A DNA stretch of 64,000 bases from assembly GCA_001643675.2 (NCBI GenBank), contig LSRY02000018.1, forward strand, positions 496,001 to 560,000, given 5' to 3'. The notes under the pieces were generated by a model. The model had not been told where the DNA came from. It was given only the letters and a program-made list of their open reading frames with translations, and ran no database searches. The position numbers and the translations under genes were made by a program. The DNA is from Monocercomonoides exilis PA203. Taxonomy: Eukaryota > Protista > Preaxostyla. This document shows positions 25,101 through 35,004 of this stretch, in pieces. Numbering within the stretch: the first letter of the stretch is position 1; every line of letters starts with the position of its first letter.

Positions 25101-25537
25101 TTACAATGACTTGGAAAAAAGGGAAAAAAAGTTGAATGGATAAAGACAATGATAAAGAAAAATAGAAAGAAAAAGAGAAAGAAAAAAGGTGAAAAACAAT
25201 GAGATTAAAAATGAGAAAAACAATGAGAAAAACAATGGGAAAAATGCAAAATAAAGATAAAGAGAATGATAAAGAAAGACAGAAAAAAAAGATCGGAAAG
25301 GAAAATGTGCTGAAAAAGAAGAAGAAAGCAATTCATTTGCGGACCATCATTCAATACAAATGTTTCAACTCAAAAGCTATGTCACTCTTCATAAGAGCAA
25401 AGCTGGATAACCTTTGACACATATCATCTTCCTCAACAATCCCTTTTGGAAATAACAATTTACAGAAACACTGTTTCACATTTGCCATCGTGCCATATCT
25501 CCATTTTCCTTTTTTCCTTTTCTCGTTCCAGAATCCT

Positions 25538-28500
25538 TCATTCCTTCTTCACCATGTCTGGCTGATCTGCCACTATCCCACATTCACGTTCACAAATGAC
25601 CAAAGGCTCATCACCTGTCAGCCATCCGCTCTCCTTCTCACCATCTTCAGACTCTCCATAATCAACAGCATCTGAAATCGTCATGATCAATGCTCCAGGA
25701 GGGAATCGCTGGATGAACTCTCTCTTCAAATCCACAAGACTCATCCTTTCATTTGGCTCTCCTTGCCAACACTTGCATATCGCTTCTTTCAATGAACACT
25801 CACACAAACTTTGAATAGTCGGCCTCTCCCCATTCACAATCTTATCTCCAGCAACCGCTGCCTCATACTCCCCAAACGGGATTTGAAGCGTCAAGCACTC
25901 CCACACCATCATCCCAATCGAAAACACAACTGATTCCTTCGTCGCATGCTTCTTCGCTCCACTCACCAGCTCCGGCGCCTTCCACCTCAAACACTCTTTT
26001 TTGAAGCTATCTTCATCCTCAAAGGCGGATGAGGGAAGGGAGTCATCATTGTCATCATCATCACTGGCTGACGTCACAACTGTTGATGATGAGATTGATG
26101 ATGAGTCTGAACTATCATCAGATGAGAAGTCAGAATGCATCACAATGCAGATCACCATATGTTCGGAGAAAAGAACAATGTGAGGACTCAAATTGGCCAA
26201 TGACTGAAGCTTGTTTTCCATTTCATCAAATGAATGAAGAGAGAGATTAGCCACCCAGAACAAGACCTGGGAAGCTGTCTGCTCTCTCTCCTGCAGAGTT
26301 CCAATCGGCATTTCCTTTGTCTTATTCCTTCCATGTAACAGCATGAACAGTGAATCTCTCAAGTCCACAATCAGCTTTTCATGAGGCGATGAACATGCCA
26401 TCGCATCCACCAGATTCGACATGGATGATGTGGTTGGACACAGACTCTCTGGTCGGATAAAAGTGGAATCAGAATCGGTCGTTGAAGTTGATGAGATGGA
26501 TGGCGATGGCGTTCTCTTCCTTATCTCTTCTTCATCATCAACCTTCTCCAACATCCATTGAGGAATCTTGTCTGAGTCTCTGCCCAATATGTATTCAGTC
26601 GAACCACTCTCAGAAAGAAGATGTTCAGATGACTCTGAATGTTCCAGTGTCTTGTCATACACCCTCTTCTTCATCCTCTCTTCATTCTTCTTCTCTGCCT
26701 CCCTCTCCGCTCTCCTCCATTGCTCCTCAGGTGACATCTCCATCGTCACCATCTCAAATGCCTTCGGATCTTTTCTGATATTATCGTTCACAATCTCTCT
26801 CAAATCTTTCGCTTCATCCTTTGCCTTTCTCCATCGAACAGCCAGAACAATAACAATAACAAACAAAAGCACAACAATCACAATACAAACAACCACAATC
26901 AACAGCCAATAAGATTTCATTTCTTTTCCTCCTTCAGCAATCCTTTCATCTCCCTTTCCCTCACTTTCGCTCCTGTTCTTCAATACAAATGAGATTGTCG
27001 ATGAAGGAGATTCTGCATCCCCAAACAGAACGCACACACTCACCTCAACATCACTTCCACAACTGCTGATGAGATCTTTTGTCACACTTCCTTCTGCTTC
27101 TCTTTCTGATAAGAATCCATTTGAATCAAAATCATGTTTTTCAATCTCTTTCTCTTCTCCCTTTCTGTTCACAACTGCGAATGACAGATTGCATGGAACA
27201 AGAAGCATTCCTTTGAAGGTCAACTTCATTCTATCTGTCTCTTCATTTGTTTCCACACTCTCCAGAGCTGGAATGAAGAATGATGAATCCCTTTCTGAAA
27301 CAATTCCATCAAAACTGCACCTTTCATTCAGCATCCAAAGTGAAGAGTTATCCTTCCATCCATCTCCTCCTTTCAAACTCGACACATTCAATGTTCCTGA
27401 ATCTGAACAGATGATGTTTCTTCTCAATGATGGATATCCTTCAATTGAGGGATTGTTATTCAAAAATTCTCCTTTCTCAATATTCACATTTCCACCTCTC
27501 ATTGTTATTCCACCTTCTGGTGAATTTGTGATTGTTGAAACTTTCATCATCACAGAACTCTTCACAACATCAACAAGAGAACCTTCCCATCTGCACATCT
27601 CTTCTTCCTCGTTCAAATATTGCTCATTTCTTTCCTTTGAACTCCCATCGAAAATGCAACTGTCCATTTTCACATCCAAACAATCCTCCAATTTCATCAA
27701 TTTTCCTTTTGCGGTCTTTGAACTGACTCCACCTATTGTGCAATTTGCCAATTGAATTGTCTTTTTCATTGTCAAGCAAGATATCAATGATTCATCATTT
27801 CCTTCAACTGTGATATTTTCTGTATTGAAATCCTTTATTGTTAATTGCGCGCATTCATTAATATCAATCAGAGAAGTTTCAACTGTTGAATTGCAAATCA
27901 TTAACGAATCAATTGTTGATGGAAGTGGTGATGAAAGATTCAATACAGATTCTTTAAGAATAAGATTGGACATTGTGCATCCATCAAGTTGCAATTCTCC
28001 TTTTTCCATATTGATAACGTGAAATGGAATGTTTGCAAATTCTGTATTAACACCTTCCACTGGAAGTTTTGAACTGAATGAACAACTCATGATATCAAGA
28101 ATTCCTCCCTCTGGCGATATCAGTGATTCATGTTGAGAAATGAAATTCGAATCAAACACAAAATTCACTCTCAATAATGAGACTGTTCCGGTTGTTGTCA
28201 CCAATGCATCCTTTGTTTTTTCAATTCTTGATTTCACTTCAACTTTACAATTTTCTCTGCTCTTTGAACTCAGACTCATTTCCTCCAGATTTATTTCTCT
28301 TCCAACCACACTCACAGTATCAACATACAATAGACTCACATATTCAGATGTCAGATGCACCAGCCCATGCTCAATTGAATCACATGGAAGAGCATTTGTT
28401 CCACATTGTCTGTCGTTTGATCCATTCACACTGCTCACAACAATTGTGTCACTCTGATGGATAGTCACAAATTCAATAAGATCTGTATCTTCTTTGTGCT

Positions 28501-31500
28501 CACAACTATCAATTCCATATATAGCATTAATTCGTGAATAATGATTCTCACGAAGATCAAACTGGAATTGGCTTTCATTGATCTGCATTGCGATGTTGAA
28601 ACATTCAATGAAAATGTCATTTCCCACTCTTGCTGTGTTTGAACTGAACTTCATTCCCATAAATGTGAAATTCAATTCCCCTCTTTCCTTTGTTGCCAAA
28701 TATACCCCTCCTCCTCTCCCTGAACTAATACTGCATCTGCATTGACTGATTTCGGACTTAATCATCTTCATCGATCCAGATGCACCCAATGTGAAGAATA
28801 TTGCCCCTCCTTTTTCGCTTGTTTCTGCTTTGTCTTCTGTGATGTTGCTCGAATTCACAACCAAACAAATCTTATTCTCGCTCATTGATTCCAAAATGCT
28901 TGGCCCATTGTCACTTCTCTTTACTCCAGAAAATGATGAATTATCAATGTTAAGACTCATTTCCTCACTCACTTCATTTATCTTTGTCATTGATTCAACT
29001 CCTTTGATCTGAAGAAGACAATCCCCACTTTCATTCAACGATTCCACTCGAACATTCACCAAATGACAAGAAACCCCAGCATTGTTAATTGCAAAAATAC
29101 TGTTTCCAACATTGCACGATTCCATCGACAAATCTTTCACTTCCACGTTTCCTCTAACCACATCCACAAATACACAATCAAATCCCTTGTTCATTCCTGC
29201 CTCTGAATGGAATGAGCATCCAGTTATCACCAAATCTCCACCTTTGTTAGAAATAATTGTTTTGGCAGAATTGTCAAATCCTGATGTTATTTGAAGTTGG
29301 ATGTTGTACAATTCAAGATGAATATCATTTTCCATGAAAAAATAAAGTTGACTTTCAATTGCCTTTTCAAAATTCAATTTGGCTTTTGTATCTTCCTCTC
29401 CCATCTTCACACTCTTTTTGATTTGATAATTGGATATGTTGAAAGAATCTCGAATGATAGTTGATCCTTCAATCTGAATTGTTTTCTTTCCAATCTCCTT
29501 TTCCATGTTTTCCATCCCTTTCCACATTGTTTGACATGGCTCTTCCTCGCTTCCACATCTTGCAACATCAAATCCTTCTGATGAGATAAATATCTCAAAT
29601 GAACTGAATGGAACGAGGAACATGAACAGATCCTTGTTTGAATAATTGTTATCTCTCCCAACAAACAAATTACCATTATTTATCATTGAGGAGTAATCAA
29701 AGTTGAATGAGTCATTTGTCACAGAAGTATTTAAATCATTTGCCAAAATGAACATATTCCTCCCATATTCTGCTTTATTCTGATCAAATATCAAATTTCC
29801 TGACAACTCAAACTTTGCATCTGCATCTGCCACAGAAAGCATCATCCCTCCTCCTTTCCCTTCACTTCCACTCGTTGAGGGTGCACAGCACTTCTCAAAT
29901 CTTGTTGATGAGACAAACAGTTCAGACGGATGCTTCAATGAAACTGACATCCCTCCTCCTCTTTTCCCTTTCTCATTCACCTCACACATTAGGAATGTGC
30001 AATTCTCAACTCTTATTGTGCCTTTCGTTCCATCATCATTAGGACTCACACAAAGGCTTCCACCATCTCCTTTCCCTCTCGTGATATTCTCAAATGAGGT
30101 GTTCTTCAATGTGATTGATGAACATTTCTCAACCTGAATTGCTCCACAATTTGACAGATCACAATTTGTGATCGAGCAATTCTGGATTGTGGCTGAACTG
30201 CTTGTGGCAATCTCAATCAATCCACTCACTCCATTTGATATTGTCTGATTCATAATCACCTCGTCCATCAGGTATTCGCAACTTCCATTCACAACAATCA
30301 CACTTCCCACAAATCTCACTTCTCCCACACTCCCTCCACAACTCATCCCAACTATCTCCACTTTCCCTCCACTCGCACTTACAAACGCATAATTCACTGC
30401 ATTCGCTCCATTCCCCATCTTCATCCCACAATCAGCAAATCTCAATGTGCCTCCTGAAGAATGGATAAATGATGATCGCTCTCCAATCGATCCTCCCAAT
30501 TCAAACAATATCCCTGTCAATGTTGATGAAACATTGTTCATCACCAGTGCTTCATGCGTTTTTGTTCCTGTTCCTCCAACTCTCAATAGAACATCTTTGT
30601 CACTCGAATCAATCTCATATGACTCCTTATTCAACTCCACTTCTTCATCAAATGAAAATGTGCTTGTCAGTCTGATCATTCTCTTTGAACTCAGATACCG
30701 ATATTCACTCGCTTCTTCAATTGTTCTGCATGGGTAATCTTCATATCCACACAGTCTGAATTCACTTCCTTGTTCTCTCCCACTCACATATGCTGGCGAT
30801 GAAAATGTCCGAAGAAACACAACAAGCGGAACAATTAGCTCTGCCTTGCCTCTTTCTCTTCCACAAAGTTCACTCAAATCTGCTTTATTCGCCTCAACAA
30901 CTGGATTGAATCCGATTGAAGAGCTGTTGATAACAGCTGACAAGTCCTGTGCTTCCACAAACACATTCTTCCCTCCCATTGTTGCAGCACAACCAACAAA
31001 ACTCACTGTTGTGATCTCAAAGTCAAATGAGTCATCAGCCAGATGCAGCATCACCCCTCCTCCATATCCGCTGCATTTGCATTGATTGAATGTTGTTGTC
31101 CCTCCACTGTGTGATTTTGAATCTCCAATCATAACCTTGCTTGCTGATGATAATAATTCCACTTTGATTCCTCCTCCATTTCCATTCGCACACTCACATC
31201 CTTCTATTGTTGTGTTCCACACCTCGAATGTCTGTCCTCCCTTCACACTTTTTGCCATCACCACTCCATCTCCTTCTTTTGTCCGATTCACATTCCGAAT
31301 TGTCACATTCGCTAACATACTCTCTCCTGATGTTGATCCTGCTGATGATGGCTCTTCGAACAGAGGTTGGCTCATTTTCATATTTTCTATCTCAACATCG
31401 CTCATCCTCAACTGAGACAGTTCCATCACAAATATCGATGAAGATATTTCTCTCTCTCCATTAACACTTGAAAAGATCACCACATCCTCCAATGAAAGTG

Positions 31501-33724
31501 ATCCGCTCCCATCAGACACCACAAACACATTCGGTGAAGAATCTCTTGTTGTGTTGTGATCGATTCCCACATGCCCCACATCCAACTGTCCGCTTGTCAC
31601 ACTGAACAGCGTTGTTGAAGATGAAGAAAGAGAATTCGTTCCAATCACACTCGTCTCCTTTCCTTTCCCCAAAACATTAATCTTCTTTTCCCCAACATTG
31701 ATTGTTTCCTTTTCGCTTTGATGATTCCCACTAAGGACTGTGATCGTCGAGTTCAGTTGAATCAAACTCACATCCACTGCATGCCCCATTGTCTTGCACG
31801 GCTTAGAATCGCTCTTTCCGCACAAAGCATTGGAGTCATCACCGTTCGCACCCACAAACCTATCCTTCATCACTTCAATCAGCCACCACTTCTTTTCTGT
31901 ATGCTGAAGTACCCAATTGTTTCCGTTTTTATATTGGTAGTACACTCTCTCATTATCGCTATTCGTTGTATAGGATTCATAAAACGGATTGTTCGATAAG
32001 AAGAGATTCTTATCATCTCGAAAACGTACATCGTGACCATATGGAGTAGAATCAGTGCATCTACAATCGTGGAAGAACAAAAAATAACAATAAGTGTTGT
32101 TACTTGGAGCTATTTGTTGATTTGGATGAAACCAAAATCCTCCTCCATATGCAGCTACTGAACATGAAATAAACTGAATGTTACTCATTTTGAATGGAGC
32201 GGCAACATATCTGCAAAACAGCCCTCCTCCCCAGTTCGTCGTAAGCGAACATGAAGAAAAATAGCACTCAAACAAGCACGAGCTTTCTCCTTCTCCCTTT
32301 TCTTCCCCAATACATCCAGATCCAGACAGACTGAAGTTGTCCAATCTCAACCCTCCACCATCATGGTGAGCCTTGCACATCTGGAAGTTGCACCCGCCTA
32401 CAAGGGCACATGAACGTATTTCGCAAGCATACACCCCTCCACCGCCATTGTTTTGTGCTGTGCACGAATTGAACATATTACTCACAATCTCGATCATCTT
32501 AATTGCATGGCACATGATAGCTCCCCCAAAGTAGTATGCAGTGCAGTCATTGAATGAACAATGTGAAACAGAAAGCATTCCAGAATTGAGATTGTACATA
32601 CAGATTGCCCCTCCACTCGATATCCCGTCCGTAACAGAATCATTTTCTCCTGTTGTTCTCGAACCGCTCCACTCACACCAAATGAATGAATTAGCTCCAT
32701 TATCTGTTGTGTTTTGTCTCCCTGGAGTCAACTTTCCATCTGAAGTTCCTTCACATTTAACATTTCTTGTTCGACAACACCCGATGAATGAGGTGTTTGA
32801 GGCTGTCAAAGAGGCCGAGGGGTTGTTGAGGGAATGAACAATCCCTCCATCATACGCATCGCAAACAGACGTAAATGAGCAGCAGCTCATCACACATGAT
32901 GTTTGATAAAAGGAAGTGAATGAAGACGAACATTCTGAAGTCGCTGTTGAAATGTTGAAAAATGTCAGATGAGCGAGTGAAACAAGATGAATAGAAGGTG
33001 ATGAGAGAAATGGTGCTGAAAAAACACAAAAAGAAGAGAAACGAGAAGAACAAACAGAAACAACACATTTTCCAGAATATTTCCCTTCCAAGGCTTTTGA
33101 AGAAAACAGAGAAGGAAATATCTTCATAAACGAAGTTGAAGAAGATCTGAGTGAAATGTTGGTGAACAGCCCACAACTTCCAGTTAAGCAAAACGGAGGT
33201 GTTTCACTCAATGGTACAACTTCACAATCGTTCAATTCAACATGGCTCTCATGTCCTGCTTTGATTGCGCTTCTGCCTTCATTTTGCCTCAACCCCAATG
33301 ATTTGAGCTTCATCGATGAATTAACAAGAATCAAACATCCATCAACCTCACTCTCTCCAAAATATCTTCCCCCTTTCCACATTTTGTGCTCATCATAAAT
33401 TATTGATTCTTTCATTTTCTCATCTGGATTTTCAACTTTTATTCGGTTGTATCCTTCATTCAGCATATTTACACATTTATTCATCCCTTTAATCTTTTTC
33501 TCAGCCCCTTTCTTACAATCTTCATTTTCTTCGGCAAGCACTTCACATATATATTTTCCATCATTTACGTCATTTTGGAGCATATCTACCCAAGGGTTCT
33601 TGAGGTAATAAATAATTCGTTCATTCATTGATTTCTCTGCTTGCTCTGCCTCAGCACTTGTGGCGCCAATGCATAGAAACTGCACACAAATTATGCCAAT
33701 AAGCAAACGTATTACTGACAGCAT
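25538..33724 (-). CDS. Large type-I membrane protein: signal peptide, GG[AG]I beta-helix (Pmp/pectin-lyase-like) repeats, TM helix, degenerate tyrosine-kinase-like C-lobe
   Basis: Uninterrupted ORF. Likely start MLSVIRLLIGIICVQFLCIGATSA at 33724. TM segment WLLIVVVCIVIVVLLFVIVIVLAV. Kinase C-lobe motifs RWKAPE, VFSIGMMVWECLTLQIPF, GERP, CWQGEPNERM. No HRD or DFG. Confidence 0.9.
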   Translation of the reverse strand: MLSVIRLLIGIICVQFLCIGATSAEAEQAEKSMNERIIYYLKNPWVDMLQNDVNDGKYICEVLAEENEDCKKGAEKKIKGMNKCVNMLNEGYNRIKVENPDEKMKESIIYDEHKMWKGGRYFGESEVDGCLILVNSSMKLKSLGLRQNEGRSAIKAGHESHVELNDCEVVPLSETPPFCLTGSCGLFTNISLRSSSTSFMKIFPSLFSSKALEGKYSGKCVVSVCSSRFSSFCVFSAPFLSSPSIHLVSLAHLTFFNISTATSECSSSFTSFYQTSCVMSCCSFTSVCDAYDGGIVHSLNNPSASLTASNTSFIGCCRTRNVKCEGTSDGKLTPGRQNTTDNGANSFIWCEWSGSRTTGENDSVTDGISSGGAICMYNLNSGMLSVSHCSFNDCTAYYFGGAIMCHAIKMIEIVSNMFNSCTAQNNGGGGVYACEIRSCALVGGCNFQMCKAHHDGGGLRLDNFSLSGSGCIGEEKGEGESSCLFECYFSSCSLTTNWGGGLFCRYVAAPFKMSNIQFISCSVAAYGGGFWFHPNQQIAPSNNTYCYFLFFHDCRCTDSTPYGHDVRFRDDKNLFLSNNPFYESYTTNSDNERVYYQYKNGNNWVLQHTEKKWWLIEVMKDRFVGANGDDSNALCGKSDSKPCKTMGHAVDVSLIQLNSTITVLSGNHQSEKETINVGEKKINVLGKGKETSVIGTNSLSSSSTTLFSVTSGQLDVGHVGIDHNTTRDSSPNVFVVSDGSGSLSLEDVVIFSSVNGEREISSSIFVMELSQLRMSDVEIENMKMSQPLFEEPSSAGSTSGESMLANVTIRNVNRTKEGDGVVMAKSVKGGQTFEVWNTTIEGCECANGNGGGIKVELLSSASKVMIGDSKSHSGGTTTFNQCKCSGYGGGVMLHLADDSFDFEITTVSFVGCAATMGGKNVFVEAQDLSAVINSSSIGFNPVVEANKADLSELCGRERGKAELIVPLVVFLRTFSSPAYVSGREQGSEFRLCGYEDYPCRTIEEASEYRYLSSKRMIRLTSTFSFDEEVELNKESYEIDSSDKDVLLRVGGTGTKTHEALVMNNVSSTLTGILFELGGSIGERSSFIHSSGGTLRFADCGMKMGNGANAVNYAFVSASGGKVEIVGMSCGGSVGEVRFVGSVIVVNGSCEYLMDEVIMNQTISNGVSGLIEIATSSSATIQNCSITNCDLSNCGAIQVEKCSSITLKNTSFENITRGKGDGGSLCVSPNDDGTKGTIRVENCTFLMCEVNEKGKRGGGMSVSLKHPSELFVSSTRFEKCCAPSTSGSEGKGGGMMLSVADADAKFELSGNLIFDQNKAEYGRNMFILANDLNTSVTNDSFNFDYSSMINNGNLFVGRDNNYSNKDLFMFLVPFSSFEIFISSEGFDVARCGSEEEPCQTMWKGMENMEKEIGKKTIQIEGSTIIRDSFNISNYQIKKSVKMGEEDTKAKLNFEKAIESQLYFFMENDIHLELYNIQLQITSGFDNSAKTIISNKGGDLVITGCSFHSEAGMNKGFDCVFVDVVRGNVEVKDLSMESCNVGNSIFAINNAGVSCHLVNVRVESLNESGDCLLQIKGVESMTKINEVSEEMSLNIDNSSFSGVKRSDNGPSILESMSENKICLVVNSSNITEDKAETSEKGGAIFFTLGASGSMKMIKSEISQCRCSISSGRGGGVYLATKERGELNFTFMGMKFSSNTARVGNDIFIECFNIAMQINESQFQFDLRENHYSRINAIYGIDSCEHKEDTDLIEFVTIHQSDTIVVSSVNGSNDRQCGTNALPCDSIEHGLVHLTSEYVSLLYVDTVSVVGREINLEEMSLSSKSRENCKVEVKSRIEKTKDALVTTTGTVSLLRVNFVFDSNFISQHESLISPEGGILDIMSCSFSSKLPVEGVNTEFANIPFHVINMEKGELQLDGCTMSNLILKESVLNLSSPLPSTIDSLMICNSTVETSLIDINECAQLTIKDFNTENITVEGNDESLISCLTMKKTIQLANCTIGGVSSKTAKGKLMKLEDCLDVKMDSCIFDGSSKERNEQYLNEEEEMCRWEGSLVDVVKSSVMMKVSTITNSPEGGITMRGGNVNIEKGEFLNNNPSIEGYPSLRRNIICSDSGTLNVSSLKGGDGWKDNSSLWMLNERCSFDGIVSERDSSFFIPALESVETNEETDRMKLTFKGMLLVPCNLSFAVVNRKGEEKEIEKHDFDSNGFLSEREAEGSVTKDLISSCGSDVEVSVCVLFGDAESPSSTISFVLKNRSESEGKGDERIAEGGKEMKSYWLLIVVVCIVIVVLLFVIVIVLAVRWRKAKDEAKDLREIVNDNIRKDPKAFEMVTMEMSPEEQWRRAEREAEKKNEERMKKRVYDKTLEHSESSEHLLSESGSTEYILGRDSDKIPQWMLEKVDDEEEIRKRTPSPSISSTSTTDSDSTFIRPESLCPTTSSMSNLVDAMACSSPHEKLIVDLRDSLFMLLHGRNKTKEMPIGTLQEREQTASQVLFWVANLSLHSFDEMENKLQSLANLSPHIVLFSEHMVICIVMHSDFSSDDSSDSSSISSSTVVTSASDDDDNDDSLPSSAFEDEDSFKKECLRWKAPELVSGAKKHATKESVVFSIGMMVWECLTLQIPFGEYEAAVAGDKIVNGERPTIQSLCECSLKEAICKCWQGEPNERMSLVDLKREFIQRFPPGALIMTISDAVDYGESEDGEKESGWLTGDEPLVICERECGIVADQPDMVKKE

Positions 33725-35004
33725 GGGGATCAATCCACACGAAGAAGGCGCTTTCTTTATTTTCTTCGGTTTGGCTTTATTAGTATGGGCACAAATCAAC
33801 AAAAAAATTATAAATTAAAATTCATTTTTCTTATTTATTTTGTTTAAGGAAATATTCTATTTGTAATTTTTTATAATCAACTGTGATTGGTTTTTGGTAT
33901 GTTTTTATTTCTTATTTGTTCGATCCTGAGAAAGATACAAAATGAATTGTTAGAAATAATTGATATTTTGAATTTTTCATGATAACGTTGAGAAATGTGA
34001 TGAAACTTTACAGAGATGCAATTGAATTTTTTAAAATAGCGTATGATCAGGATTAACAAATTTCTTAGAAAACAAAAGTCCGAAATTCATTTTATTTATT
34101 TAACTTTCATTTATCCAGTGAAGAGAAGAGATCAGAGCGATGAAAATATTGCTTCTCTTTCACACATATTTTTTCCTTGTGTTTGTTTGTCTTTTTTGAA
34201 GTTCTTTATTGTTATCATCAGATCCATTGAGTTTTTTATGAAAATGATATTTGTTTATAGATAATTAAAATGAAATGGATATTATTATTCAAATAAATGA
34301 AGCCAAAACATTTTGTTAATTTGCATAAGCGTGTTGGGTATTTTATTTAGTTTTTTGATTAATTTTGTGTTTTTTCTGAAAGAGACACAACATTGATCGT
34401 TTGAAAGTTTTCATGGATGAAATTGCCAAAAAAAGAGAGACTTTTTGGAAAGGCTTTGACATTTCAGAAAGGAATATATTTTTCATTGAATATGTGTTTA
34501 TCGTTTGTTTGATTTGAATATTTCATCTTTTTGATTTTTTCCATGGTGATTTCACAATCTAATTTTATCTTCACATTCTTTTCAGGGCAATGGAAGTTCA
34601 AAGGCAAAAGCCAAAGGTTTTTTATTTATATTGACAGAATTCTTTTTTGTTGAATTTGATTTCAAGTGGAGAAGAAAGGCAAAGAATAATTGAAGAGCAG
34701 AGAAAGTCTTTTGAAGAAAAGAGATTGCTTCAAGACTTGGAAAATTAAATGTGATAATAACACACAAAAGGGCAGAATCATATTGAAGAACAATTAATTA
34801 TTTCATGAAATGCTTGAGGATTGGATTGAATGGTTGAAACAATTCTGAGTGGGAATGGAATTGATGTTGATGATGATTGAAGAAGGGAACTTGCAGCAAC
34901 ATCGCTTGGAAGTGAAGAGATGGATAAGAGGGGGAAAAACATCGATTTGGATGAGAAATAAGGAATCGAAGAAAAAGAGAAGATAAGAGTGGGTTTGTTG
35001 ATTT

